A stretch of DNA of 55,963 nucleotides from Streptosporangiaceae bacterium (GTDB lineage: Bacteria > Actinomycetota > Actinomycetes > Streptosporangiales > Streptosporangiaceae): the NCBI GenBank assembly GCA_050698735.1, contig JBOHCG010000001.1, positions 1-55,963 of the forward strand, in the 5' to 3' direction. The position numbers and the translations under genes are program-made. Below the pieces are notes generated by a model. It made no database searches. It saw nothing but the letters and a program-made list of their open reading frames with translations, and had not been told where the DNA came from. The first letter of the stretch is position 1. Each line of letters starts with the position of its first letter. Below are positions 1 through 9,456 of the stretch, in pieces.

Positions 1-238
1 CGCCGGCCCCGGCCCCAGCCCGCCCGGGCCGGGGGAGGGGGACGCAGCCGAGGAAGGCGACCAAGACCGCCCGATTCCTTTCCCTAGTTACCGAACGAAA
101 CGGCGAACTCGCCTCGGTCCCGCTCGATCGTGTCGCGGGGATCTCGGCAGACCTTGCCCCCCAAGTCCACCTGCACCCCGGCGCCGCCCGCGCCGCCCTG
201 CGCAAAGCGGTCCTGTCCGCGAAGAACGGAGACCCCCG

Positions 239-1858
239 ATGATGATCAAGCTCGCCGTCGCCCTGGTCATCGTGATCGCCTTGGCCGCGTTCCTCGCCTG
301 GGCATTCCTGCCAGCCCGGTACCTGCCCGGCAACCGCGCCCGCCACCTGCGGATCCGCCTGCATCTGCGGCTGCACCCCGGCAAGGGCTTCGCCCACGTC
401 TTCACCCTGTGGCTGCGCTGGAGCCGCCTAGCCTCCCTGCGCCGCTCCGGCCGGATCCGCGCCTCGCTTCCGCTGCGGTACCGGATCGCCGACCCTCGCC
501 AGCACTCGGTGTTCCTTGGTCGCGCCCACTACCGACACGGCCTGCGGGTCCCGCTGGAAGAGCACTTGCTCGTCATGGCGCCACCAAGGACCTATAAATC
601 AGCCTTCCTGGCCGACGTCATCCTGCGCTACCCCGGCCCCGTCATCGCCACCAGCACCAAACCCGACGTGTACGCCCTGACCAGCGCCGTGCGCGCCCAG
701 CGCGGCCCGGTGCACGTATTCAACCCGCAAGACATCGGCGCCGTCCCCTCCACCTTCCGCTGGTCCCCGGTCGACGGATGCGAGGACCCCGCCACCGCGA
801 TCCGCCGCGCCGACGCGTTCGCGTTCGCCGTCTCGCAGAAAGGCGTCGAGGACGGCACGTTCTGGTCCGCCAAGGCCTCGGACTACCTGCGCGGCTACTT
901 CTGTGCCGCCGCCCTGGCCCGGTATGACCTGCGCGCGGTGGCCGCGTGGGTGTCGGGCGCCGACCCAGACGTCCCTGAGCGGATCCTGGCCGCCGCCGGT
1001 GCCCGCCAGTGGGCGCTGACCCTGGCCGAACTCCGGTCGGAGGCCCACAAGACAGCGGCGACAGTCCGGATGGTCATGAGCAGGGCCCTGGCCTTCATGG
1101 CCGACCCTGCCCTGGCCGCCAGCGTGCTGCCCGGCCCCGGCGAAGGGTTCGACATCCCAGTCTTCCTCCGCCAGGCCGGGACCGTGTACCTGATCGCGGA
1201 GTCCGTCTCCGAGGAAGCGCCGGTCGCTCCGCTGTTCGCCGCGATGGCGTCGGAGATCCACTACACCGCCACGCAGATCGGCCAGGCATCCGAGGCCACG
1301 CGCCTAGACCCCCCGCTCTTGATGGGCCTGGACGAGGTGACCCAGATCTGCCCGGTTCCGCTTCCGTTTTGGCTGGCCGACTCCGGCGGCAAGGGCATTG
1401 AGGTTTGCGCCGTCGTCCACGGCGAGGCCCAGCTGGCCGAACGGTGGGGCGATCACGGCCGCCAGGTCGTCCTGGACACGAGCTCGGTAAAGGTGTTCCT
1501 GCCCGGCATCAGCGACACCACCACATTGCAGACGGCCAGCACCCTGTGCGGTCAAGCGTCATGGAAGCTCCGTGGCCAGGACCACGCCACGCGCCACGAC
1601 GTCGCGACTCCGGACATGATCCGCCAGCTGCCTGCCGGGTTCGCCCTGATCATCCGCGGCGGCTACGCCCCCGTGATCGCCCGTCTGCCCCGCGCCTGGA
1701 AGAACCCCGCCTACCGCCGCGCCCGCCGCCTCGGCCAGGCCCCATGGAACGCCATCGCCGAACTCACGGCCGCCGACGCGGAACAAGAGCCCGATCTCCC
1801 CGATTACGTGCCCGCCGAGTGGCTCCCCGGCGACGACACCTCCTTCCCCTGGAGCTGA
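239..1858 (+). CDS. Type IV coupling protein (TraG/TraD/VirD4-like conjugative DNA-transfer ATPase)
   Basis: 539-aa ORF. N-terminal hydrophobic helix MMIKLAVALVIVIALAAFLAWAFL. P-loop-like LLVMAPPRTYKS and Walker-B-like PPLLMGLDEV. The stop shares a base with the next ATG (TGATG at 1856-1860). Confidence 0.7.
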   Translation: MMIKLAVALVIVIALAAFLAWAFLPARYLPGNRARHLRIRLHLRLHPGKGFAHVFTLWLRWSRLASLRRSGRIRASLPLRYRIADPRQHSVFLGRAHYRHGLRVPLEEHLLVMAPPRTYKSAFLADVILRYPGPVIATSTKPDVYALTSAVRAQRGPVHVFNPQDIGAVPSTFRWSPVDGCEDPATAIRRADAFAFAVSQKGVEDGTFWSAKASDYLRGYFCAAALARYDLRAVAAWVSGADPDVPERILAAAGARQWALTLAELRSEAHKTAATVRMVMSRALAFMADPALAASVLPGPGEGFDIPVFLRQAGTVYLIAESVSEEAPVAPLFAAMASEIHYTATQIGQASEATRLDPPLLMGLDEVTQICPVPLPFWLADSGGKGIEVCAVVHGEAQLAERWGDHGRQVVLDTSSVKVFLPGISDTTTLQTASTLCGQASWKLRGQDHATRHDVATPDMIRQLPAGFALIIRGGYAPVIARLPRAWKNPAYRRARRLGQAPWNAIAELTAADAEQEPDLPDYVPAEWLPGDDTSFPWS

Positions 1859-2451
1859 TGACCATGACCAGCAACGACCCGATCACCGCGATCGTCGACC
1901 AACTCGCCGCCCAAGCCGAGCAGCTCACCCGCCTCGACACCCGTGAAGCCGACCATCACGCCGCCATCAGCGGACGGCTGACCGAGCTCACCGACCAGAC
2001 CGCCAGCATCGGTCAGGTAGTTCAGGAGCACGCTGCCGCGCTCGGGCACCTCACCGCACCCAGCCAGACCGCCCCTGACGCCGACGGTTACCACCCAGAC
2101 CCGGCCCCGGGCTGGTGGAAGCTGACGGCCGACGACCGCCGCGAGCCGGTCGCCCGGCTAAGGGCCTGGGTCGAGCAGGTCTACCGGCCCGGCTACGGTC
2201 ACCTGGCCGCCGCCCTCGGCCCCTGCTGGGAGCAGCACGACCTCTGCCTGTACGCCCTGGACATCCTGGCCGAACTGTGGCAGGTGCTCTACCTGCAGCC
2301 CGTCCGCAGCCCCGGCCTGATATCAGCCCAAGCCGAATACCAGGCCCGCCTCCTGCCCGCCCTGGCCGACCAGCTCCGCACCGAGACCAACGACTGCGCC
2401 CATCTCCGCAACCCCGCACCGGCCATCGGCCAGCCCTGGAGCAGGCCATGA
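1858..2451 (+). CDS. Conserved ICE backbone protein of unknown function
   Basis: In-frame ATG at 1858 inside the longer ORF 1405-2451. Translationally coupled on both sides. Clear paralog at 26368-26865, sharing WWKL...VYRPGYGHLAAAL.PCW..HDLCLY.LDILAELW.VLYLQP. Confidence 0.6.
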   Translation: MTMTSNDPITAIVDQLAAQAEQLTRLDTREADHHAAISGRLTELTDQTASIGQVVQEHAAALGHLTAPSQTAPDADGYHPDPAPGWWKLTADDRREPVARLRAWVEQVYRPGYGHLAAALGPCWEQHDLCLYALDILAELWQVLYLQPVRSPGLISAQAEYQARLLPALADQLRTETNDCAHLRNPAPAIGQPWSRP

Positions 2452-3251
2452 CGAGTGCGAGACTCAACCAGGCTCTGGCGTATGCCGCCCGCGGCTGGCC
2501 GGTGTTCCCCTGCCAGCCCGACCAGAAGACCCCCGCCACCGCGCACGGCCACCGCGACGCCACCACAGACCAGCGACAAATCACCGCCTGGTTCACCCGC
2601 AACCCGCTGTGGAACCTCGCCATCGCCACCGGCGCGCCCGGACCCGACGTCCTCGACGTCGACGACCACGGCCCGGCCGGCAACGGCTACGCCGCGTTCG
2701 CTGAGCTCAGCCGCGCCGGGCTGCTGGACAGCGCATCCGTCTACGTGCGCACGCCCAGTGGCGGCCTGCACGCCTACTTCCGCGGCTCGGCCCAGCGCAA
2801 CGGCCACCTGCCCGCCCACCACCTGGACTTCCGCTCCAGCGGCGGCTACGTCCTTGCCCCTCCATCCCGGGTCGACGGCAAGCCCTACCAGCTCATCCGT
2901 GCAGTGGACGCCGACGGCGGACTGAACTGGGCCACCGTCACCGAACTGTTGGAACCTCAGCGGCAAGTCCAACGGCTCCAGCCGCACCTGGCCCCCGGCC
3001 GCGACCTGGCCCACCTAGCCCGGTGGGTCGCCAGCCAGCATCAAGGGAACCGCAACGCGGGCCTGTTCTGGGCCGCCAATCGCGCCCTCGACGCCGACCC
3101 CGCCGCCGACCTCAGCCCCCTGGCCGCCGCCGCCCGCCAGGCCGGCCTCGGCGACAAGGAGATCACCCGCACCCTGGATTCCGCCCGGAAGACAGGCCAG
3201 CCTCGCCCGCCCGCACCCGACCACCAAGCCGAGGCAGGCGACCCGTCATGA
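2448..3251 (+). CDS. Bifunctional DNA primase/polymerase (Prim-Pol) domain protein
   Basis: MTSARLNQALAYAARGWPVFPCQPDQKTPATAHGHRDATTD...NLAIATG...VLDVD matches the Prim-Pol N-terminal signature. ATGA overlaps at both ends. Paralog at 26862-27665. Confidence 0.8.
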   Translation: MTSARLNQALAYAARGWPVFPCQPDQKTPATAHGHRDATTDQRQITAWFTRNPLWNLAIATGAPGPDVLDVDDHGPAGNGYAAFAELSRAGLLDSASVYVRTPSGGLHAYFRGSAQRNGHLPAHHLDFRSSGGYVLAPPSRVDGKPYQLIRAVDADGGLNWATVTELLEPQRQVQRLQPHLAPGRDLAHLARWVASQHQGNRNAGLFWAANRALDADPAADLSPLAAAARQAGLGDKEITRTLDSARKTGQPRPPAPDHQAEAGDPS

Positions 3252-3928
3252 CCGCCCCCAACATCCCGCCGACCAGCGAGAACCCTGCCAGCCCCAGCCT
3301 GCACCAGGTCGCTCGCGACCACGTGACACAGCTTCGGCACGACGGCGGGACCTACCGCTCGATCGCCGCCGCGGCCGCGCTCTCCCCAGCCACTGTCAGC
3401 GCCCTGGCCACCGGCCGCAGGAGAGCACACCCCGCCACCGCTACCGCCGTCCTCACCGTGACCGCCCGCACCCTGCCCAGGTCCCGGCCGGACACGAACG
3501 GCACCCGGCTGCGGCTGCGTGCCCTGCACATCATGGGCCACGGCTCAGCCCGCATCGCCCGCGCCGTCGGCGCCCACCCCAGAACCATCCGCAAACTCGT
3601 CCGCGGCGACACCACGACGATCAGCCCGCGCCTGCGCGACGCCATCACCGCCGTCTACGACGCCTGGTGGGACAAGCGCGCCCCCGCCCGCACCCCCTCC
3701 GAGCGCGCCGCGGCGACCGCCGCCCGCAAACGCGCCATCGCCGGGAACTGGTGCGCCGCCGCCGCCCTCGACGACGACCTGCTCGACACCCCCGGCTACC
3801 GGCCCAAAGCCGGCTGGAAACCCGCCACCGGCACCGGCACCGCCCCCGACATCCGCCCGCCCGCTCGACACCACCAGGCCGACCCGGCTCAGCCTTATGC
3901 GCCCCAGACACGGCGGGCAACGGCATGA
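3248..3928 (+). CDS. Putative HTH DNA-binding protein of the ICE backbone
   Basis: ATG at 3248 overlaps the upstream stop. Two HTH-like segments (TYRSIAAAAALSPATVSAL; GHGSARIARAVGAHPRTIRKLV). A shorter paralog lies at 27662-28084. Confidence 0.55.
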   Translation: MTAPNIPPTSENPASPSLHQVARDHVTQLRHDGGTYRSIAAAAALSPATVSALATGRRRAHPATATAVLTVTARTLPRSRPDTNGTRLRLRALHIMGHGSARIARAVGAHPRTIRKLVRGDTTTISPRLRDAITAVYDAWWDKRAPARTPSERAAATAARKRAIAGNWCAAAALDDDLLDTPGYRPKAGWKPATGTGTAPDIRPPARHHQADPAQPYAPQTRRATA

Positions 3929-4119
3929 GCCAGCACCAAGACAACGACCCCAGCCGTCCCCGCGGCAGCCGCAGGCCGCCCGACTACGTGATCGTCGTAG
4001 CCGCCAGCGACTGGGTCAAGGAGCACTTCCCCGCCGCTGCAGCCAACCTCACCGACGCCCTGCGCACCGGCCACGACCGCCACCGCGACCCCGAGCCCGA
4101 CCTGGAAGCCGAACCATGA
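3925..4119 (+). CDS. Small conserved hypothetical protein (64 aa)
   Basis: ATGA coupling to the upstream gene. Paralog at 28081-28266 sharing RRPPDYVIVV.AS.WVK..FPAA.ANLT.ALRTGHD. Confidence 0.45.
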   Translation: MSQHQDNDPSRPRGSRRPPDYVIVVAASDWVKEHFPAAAANLTDALRTGHDRHRDPEPDLEAEP

Positions 4120-4140
4120 CCCCGACCTGGAAGTGACGCC

Positions 4141-4476
4141 ATGAGCCTGACCATCACCGATACCACCATGACCAGCGACCATTCCGCCCACGCCGCCCGG
4201 CAAGCACCCGGCGGCCAGCAGCGATGGGAAGTGTCCTGGCTGCCCGGCCAGACCCTGGACCGCAACGCCGCCATCACCGCGATGATCCTCGCCGACACCA
4301 CCGCCGCGGCCGACCTGCACGAGGGCCACCGGCTCTGGCCCCACATCCAGGGCTGGGCGGCAGAACTCGGCCTGACCGCCCCCGATGCCATCGCCCAGGC
4401 CGCCCAGCCACCCGGCGACAGCACCCGCCAGCAGGAACAAGCCGCGCGCCAGCCCGACCGCGAGGCAGCCGATTGA
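4141..4476 (+). CDS. Conserved hypothetical protein (111 aa)
   Basis: Paralogs at 28295-28666 and 28689-29024. Shared motif: LTITDT.M.SD..AH.AR.APG...GW.VSWLPG..L.RN.A.TAMILAD. Confidence 0.5.
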   Translation: MSLTITDTTMTSDHSAHAARQAPGGQQRWEVSWLPGQTLDRNAAITAMILADTTAAADLHEGHRLWPHIQGWAAELGLTAPDAIAQAAQPPGDSTRQQEQAARQPDREAAD

Positions 4477-4566
4477 ACGCCAGACCTAGCACCCAGACCA
4501 GCAGGACCCGCCGCACCGCCACGCGGCGCGTGCCCAGCTCCCTGTTCACGGAATACGGCGTGACCC

Positions 4567-5418
4567 ATGTATGAGACCGATAACGGCGTCGCACCTCCGG
4601 CAGCACCCGGCTACCGGCTGCCCGAGCGCGGCCCGCTCCCCGACCTCCCCTTGTACGAACGCCTCATCGACGACGGCATCGCCGCCGCCGACAACCGCGG
4701 CACCATCGTCGACCACCTCACCGCCCGACGGCTGGCCATCTGGCTGGCCGCCCACCGCCAGGAACCGGACCTCGCCCGCGGCCTGGTCCGCTTCGTCCAG
4801 ACCGGAGCGATCCGCGCGGACCTCAAGACCCACCTGCGCAAGCACGCCCTCTCACCCGCTTACCCCGACCAGCCGCAGGCCGCCCGGCTGCTGAAGTACT
4901 GCAACAACCGGGGCACCGAGCTCGGGCCTGTCGGCGAGAACTTCGCCGCCGCCTGCGACCAGATCGACCGCGCCGACGTCCTCCTCGCCGGCTACCGCGA
5001 CCGCGTCCGGCAAGGCCGCGTGCACCCCGACCATTCCTGGCCCGAGACCGACGGCCCCCGCATCCTCGCCCTAGCCCGGCGCGACCCCGACACCCAGACC
5101 GTCACGCTCGTCCTCGACACCACCACAGGAAACATCGCCCTCTTCGCCATCGCCGCCCACGCCGACGAACGCGAAGCCCACGTCCGCGAAGTCGAACGCT
5201 TCGGCCGCACTCTCCCCGAAGACTCCTACGGCCGCCGCAACCGCCAGGCCATCGCCGCCCGCGAAACCCGCGTCGCCACCCGCCTGCGAGCCGTCGAAGA
5301 GGCCTACCGCGCCGCCACCGACCGCGACACCACGTACGGTCCGCCCGAGCCCACCCGGATACCCCGCTCGCCTGAGCATCAGATCGCCAGAGATCTCGAC
5401 ATGGAGGCCGAGCCGTGA
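4567..5418 (+). CDS. Conserved hypothetical protein (283 aa)
   Basis: Paralog at 29091-29951 sharing GPLPDLP.YER.I.DGI..AD.RG..VDH.TARRLAI.LAA and [36 protein letters not shown]. Confidence 0.55.
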   Translation: MYETDNGVAPPAAPGYRLPERGPLPDLPLYERLIDDGIAAADNRGTIVDHLTARRLAIWLAAHRQEPDLARGLVRFVQTGAIRADLKTHLRKHALSPAYPDQPQAARLLKYCNNRGTELGPVGENFAAACDQIDRADVLLAGYRDRVRQGRVHPDHSWPETDGPRILALARRDPDTQTVTLVLDTTTGNIALFAIAAHADEREAHVREVERFGRTLPEDSYGRRNRQAIAARETRVATRLRAVEEAYRAATDRDTTYGPPEPTRIPRSPEHQIARDLDMEAEP

Positions 5419-5629
5419 CCCGCGAAAGTGCGGCCATCAACGACGATCGAGGCAGGAATAACACGCATCGTCGCATGGATCTTCGTCCAGGTCCGCCTTT
5501 GCCAGGAGCAGTTGTCCGCTCAGATACAAATGGCTGGAGATGACCGTGCGCGGCGGCAGGGCTGAAGAGTCACCGAGACTGCCGGGTAGTTTGGCTTCGA
5601 GCCGCGCAACCACCGGGATCCCTACTTCG

Positions 5630-6010
5630 ATGACCGACGTCGGTCACGCTGCCGTGAAGCAGGCCCCCGCCGCACCCGAAGTGAGGCAGCGCCGACGAGG
5701 CAGCCGCAGGAGTGGCATGTCTGTGCCGGAGGCCGTCGACCCAGTCGGGCTGAGCACCAACGCAATCGCGCGACTGCTCGCCACTGACATGCGGGACGAC
5801 CTGCTCGCCATCGTCCGCGAGATCCTCGAGCGCAACGCCTTCGCCGAGCGACTCGCCTACAGCCCCGACGAAGCCGCTGAACTACTAGGCATCTCCAGAG
5901 AACTCGTCCACGACCTGCTGCGCACCGGTCAACTCAGATCGGTAAAAGCAGGACGCCGCAGGCTGATCGCCAAACACCACCTTGAAGCCTTCCTGGCAGG
6001 CGAACCGTGA
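5630..6010 (+). CDS. Excisionase-family / MerR-type HTH DNA-binding protein (putative Xis)
   Basis: The C-terminal YSPDEAAELLGISRELVHDLLRTGQLRSVKAGRRRLIAKHHLEAFL is a typical excisionase HTH. The start is uncertain (ORF opens at 5540; ATGs at 5630 and 5717). Confidence 0.6.
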   Translation: MTDVGHAAVKQAPAAPEVRQRRRGSRRSGMSVPEAVDPVGLSTNAIARLLATDMRDDLLAIVREILERNAFAERLAYSPDEAAELLGISRELVHDLLRTGQLRSVKAGRRRLIAKHHLEAFLAGEP

Positions 6011-6248
6011 GGCAACAACTGCTTGCCAGGTGCTCTATGCCCGGAAGCACCGGATGAACACGCCAGCGACAGATAAAGGGCATGCCTACTATAGGACGTG
6101 CCTTCCGGTTGGCCCTGCAGAGCAACGGGAGGGCGGCCTTGCCCGCTTATTGTAAAGGTGTGCCGCCATTGCGGCGACTACCGATCGCAATGGCGGCACA
6201 CCGAGGGTCGCGAGAATGGGCGTCAGCCTGTGACTGCTCGTTGGCTCA

Positions 6249-7001
6249 TCAGCACGCGGGAACGTTCGGGTCCACGTAAGGAGTTCCTCGGAGGCTTCCT
6301 GAAGTAGCGCCATTGTTGTAAAAAGCGTCCGCACTTGCGTAATAGGCATTATTCCACGGGCTTGACGCGATGAGGTACCAGTTCGTGTTCCCGTCTGCGA
6401 CCTTGAATCCCCGTACGACGCAGCTTATCTGGACGCTTTTGCCTGTGGGTATCGTGGCGCCTTCGTAGCCGCCTGCATTGGAGTAGTTTGTCCAGGTGTG
6501 CGTCGGACCGCCTACAGTCTCCGTAAAGGTTGGCGTGGTGTAGCATCCGGCGAAGAACCAGTTGATGTAGTGCTTCTGGCCGAGTTCGTTAATGGACCAC
6601 GCCTGGAAGCCGGCGCAAACCTGTTCCCCGCCGACGGCGCCGACCTCGCTCGTCCAGTCTGTGTTATCGATCTGGTACTGGCTGGGCTGATCTGGGTTCC
6701 ATGCGGACAGGTGGATGATGAGTGCCGTGCCATACCTGAGTGTTTCCATCCGAGCCCATCCCGCCATGCAGGGGTAGGAGTGACGCAACTCCACACGGAC
6801 AATGTCGCCTGCGACGTTAAAGTCCTTATATTTCCACGTAACGGCATTTGCGCAATTTGCCGGATTCTGGCCGACGGAAGCCGAAGCCGATGACGCGGTC
6901 ATTGTCAGGGCAGAGAGTATTGAGAGCGAGACACCTATGGTGACTGCCATCCAGACCCGGAAAGATGCGCGCACGTATCGCTTAATGTTTGATAGGGACA
7001 T
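6249..7001 (-). CDS. Secreted protein with a DUF2690-like N-domain and a conserved C-terminal Cys-bounded domain
   Basis: ATG at 7001 preceded by AAGGAGG. Signal peptide ...LSALTMTASSASA. VELRHSYPCMAGWARM resembles DUF2690. The C-terminal domain is shared with 8729-9196 and, more distantly, 7097-7738. Confidence 0.6.
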   Translation of the reverse strand: MSLSNIKRYVRASFRVWMAVTIGVSLSILSALTMTASSASASVGQNPANCANAVTWKYKDFNVAGDIVRVELRHSYPCMAGWARMETLRYGTALIIHLSAWNPDQPSQYQIDNTDWTSEVGAVGGEQVCAGFQAWSINELGQKHYINWFFAGCYTTPTFTETVGGPTHTWTNYSNAGGYEGATIPTGKSVQISCVVRGFKVADGNTNWYLIASSPWNNAYYASADAFYNNGATSGSLRGTPYVDPNVPAC

Positions 7002-7096
7002 CCTGAACCCTCCTTGAGGCTTGACGAATCCCGCTACGGTCTGTTCTGTCGGAAGTGCGGGCTGTCGGTAGTACATGCGGTAAGGCAGATATTGGT

Positions 7097-7738
7097 TCAC
7101 GTTGCTGGACACTCATGAACGTCGGGGTCTAGCGCTCCCGTGGTGTCCGCATTGAGGAAGGTGTTCGCGGGAGCATACTCACCTGCCCATGGCCTCGTTT
7201 CTATCAGATAGAAAACGTTTATACTACCCATGCCCGATTCATTCGGTGCCCAGCATTTAACCAACACCTGCGTGCCATACGGAATAGATATCGGGGCGCT
7301 GGTAACTGCATCCCCCATTGGATCTTTGAATACGTCCGTCCCGAGATGGTTGTCGGTTACCTCCGTGTAAAGCTTGTCTGTCGACCGGTTTGGAGCGCCG
7401 GACTGCTCGGCAGAGCCCGAAGACGGCAACTGGGTAGTTCCGACCGTCGGCGACTGGCCCTGCGAGTTTCCGTCTGTGGGCGACTGAGTCTGCGAGTTTC
7501 CGTCGGAGAACGCGATCGCCAGGCTCACGCCCCCGGTGATGGCGGCGGCGATGACCGTGGCGACCGCCTGGTTGAGGCGTTTCCGTCGCCGTCCGGCTTT
7601 GCTCTTGCCGCGCGCTGGTTTCTCCGGGTTACCTATATCCCATGGCCTCTGTGGTTCCACTCTTGCCTCCGAGTGATCAGAGGTAACGTCTGCACCGTAC
7701 GTAAGTTTGCTAAAGCATGCCCGACGAATCGCGATCAT
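7097..7738 (-). CDS. Membrane-anchored exported protein, distant paralog of 6249-7001 / 8729-9196
   Basis: One TM helix (AVATVIAAAITGGVSLAIAF), a low-complexity linker with a repeat (DGNSQTQSPT / DGNSQGQSPT), and a C-terminal domain ending DPDVHECPAT. Confidence 0.5.
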   Translation of the reverse strand: MIAIRRACFSKLTYGADVTSDHSEARVEPQRPWDIGNPEKPARGKSKAGRRRKRLNQAVATVIAAAITGGVSLAIAFSDGNSQTQSPTDGNSQGQSPTVGTTQLPSSGSAEQSGAPNRSTDKLYTEVTDNHLGTDVFKDPMGDAVTSAPISIPYGTQVLVKCWAPNESGMGSINVFYLIETRPWAGEYAPANTFLNADTTGALDPDVHECPAT

Positions 7739-7834
7739 GCAAAAAATTTACGAATTCAGGGAATCTACTGCACTGGTCATCTCATGCGTAAATGATCCAA
7801 GTACCCCGAGCGCCCGGATCCGAAACAAGCCGGC

Positions 7835-8584
7835 TCAGCTTGTGCCGCAGGCCGCGCGGAGCGCATTCATGTCGTGGATCGTCACCGCCCTGTAGCCCCA
7901 GCTCAGGATGCGGCGCGTGCGGAGATCCCGCAGCGCGTCGGAGACAGCCGCCTCCCGCGCCCCAATTAAGGTGGCGAATTCCTGCTGGGAGAACCCGAGA
8001 TGAAGGAGGCACTCCGTCCTGCCGGGGACGGCCTGGCCGTAGTCGTCGGCCATCTCCGCCAGCACCCGCGCGACACGTGTAGGCACCTTGTGCGCGGTGA
8101 AGTCCGCTCTGCGCCGGTTGGCGGCGCGGAGCTTGCAGGAGAGTTCGGCGGCGAGCAGCAGCGCTGCGGTGGGGAACTTGCTCATGACCGCCTTGAACTC
8201 CTCGCCCGGAACGGCGACGGCCACCGTATTGTCGCGGGAGGCGGTGACCGTGGCAGAACAGATGCCCCCCTCAGCGACCGCCATTTCCCCGGCGATGTCG
8301 CCGCCTGCCATAACGGCCAAGAGCTTGGTTCCCCGGCTGAGCCGTACGGTGACCTTCACGATCGCGTTGATGAGCAGGAACACTTCACCCGCCGGGTCGC
8401 CCTCGACGACGAGAGCCTGGCCGGCCGCGAAACAGGCGACCTCCCGGTCAGCGACGAGATCGTCGAGTACCTCTTGGGTCAAGCGCGCGAGGAAGCTTCC
8501 CGGCGGCCAGGATTCCCGGTACCTCCGGATCAGGCGTTGTGCCTGGACGTTGCGCTCTTCTCCCACTCTGGGGTCCCCCTGCAT
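7835..8584 (-). CDS. Crp/Fnr family transcriptional regulator
   Basis: A cNMP-binding-like beta-roll (GQALVVEGDPAGEVFLLINAIVKV...GDIAGEMA) followed by a C-terminal HTH (FSQQEFATLIGAREAAVSDALRDLR). ATG at 8584. Confidence 0.8.
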   Translation of the reverse strand: MQGDPRVGEERNVQAQRLIRRYRESWPPGSFLARLTQEVLDDLVADREVACFAAGQALVVEGDPAGEVFLLINAIVKVTVRLSRGTKLLAVMAGGDIAGEMAVAEGGICSATVTASRDNTVAVAVPGEEFKAVMSKFPTAALLLAAELSCKLRAANRRRADFTAHKVPTRVARVLAEMADDYGQAVPGRTECLLHLGFSQQEFATLIGAREAAVSDALRDLRTRRILSWGYRAVTIHDMNALRAACGTS

Positions 8585-8728
8585 AAGCACAGAGTTCACA
8601 GTAGAACGCGTCGGGCGACTATGCAGCGAGATCCGGCCAGTTCGTGGGAATGTCCGGCTATCCGCGCCGTTCGTACCGTGGTCCTTCCGTGCCACTGGTG
8701 CAAGAGGCCCAGACTGTCGGCGTCGTGG

Positions 8729-9196
8729 CTACGTACACTTGGGAACCCGATTATCAAACCAAGGAGTATGCACCAAGCTTCCTGTAACCCGGCCATTGTT
8801 ATAGAATGCGTCAGCTGAGACGTAGAAGTTCTCGTTCCACGGCGCAGACGCCACCCGGTACCACCACGGATTCCCGTCCGGCTTGACCGGCAATCCGGCG
8901 ATCCTGCATGACACCTGGACCGTCGCGTATGCCCCTATCAAAGGACCTTGCTGACCTCCGCCGATAGTGTAATTAGACCATGTATGCGCGACCCCCCCGG
9001 TAGTCTCAGGGTAGGTAACTTGCCGAGACTGGGCAGGCGTCGGCTGTACGACGATCGTGGTCGACCCGAACGCGCCATCGACAGCAGCACCAGCCACAGC
9101 GGCCACGATCCCACCCACAACACCAATGATGGCGATCCGATAAGGCTTTTTTGACCACCAGGCACGGTGCCGACGGGACGACTGAGCGACGGGCAC
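8729..9196 (-). CDS. Membrane-anchored exported protein, paralog of the 6249-7001 C-terminal domain
   Basis: TM helix IAIIGVVGGIVAAVAGAAV. HTWSNYT...VQVSCRIAG...WWYRVASAPWNENFYVSADAFYNNGRVTGSL.HTPW.DNRVPKC aligns with TWTNYS...VQISCVVRG...WYLIASSPWNNAYYASADAFYNNGATSGSL..TPYVDPNVPAC. Confidence 0.55.
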   Translation of the reverse strand: MPVAQSSRRHRAWWSKKPYRIAIIGVVGGIVAAVAGAAVDGAFGSTTIVVQPTPAQSRQVTYPETTGGVAHTWSNYTIGGGQQGPLIGAYATVQVSCRIAGLPVKPDGNPWWYRVASAPWNENFYVSADAFYNNGRVTGSLVHTPWFDNRVPKCT

Positions 9197-9456
9197 GGCA
9201 ACCCCCGGATGATAGGAAGGGCTTAAACAACCGACAAATTATTGCAAGGAGCATATTAGCGCTCTTTCACCATGGACTGGCCCAGAATCGTCGTTCCTGG
9301 CACGCACCTATTAACGGTAACATGGCCTGATGTTATGATTCTGTAACTTTAGGACTAACACTGGAGGATCCGAGTTTGCCGTTGGATGGTTGCAGCGCCG
9401 ACGGACAGCTCGGTCAGAGTTCGCTGGTGCGGATGACTGCGCTGGCCTTTGGCTTG

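Noticed and set aside
1405-1857. The upstream extension of ORF 1405-2451.
   Set aside because: It overlaps the coupling-protein gene out of frame and is Arg/Pro-rich. The paralog alignment and the TGATG coupling support the start at 1858.
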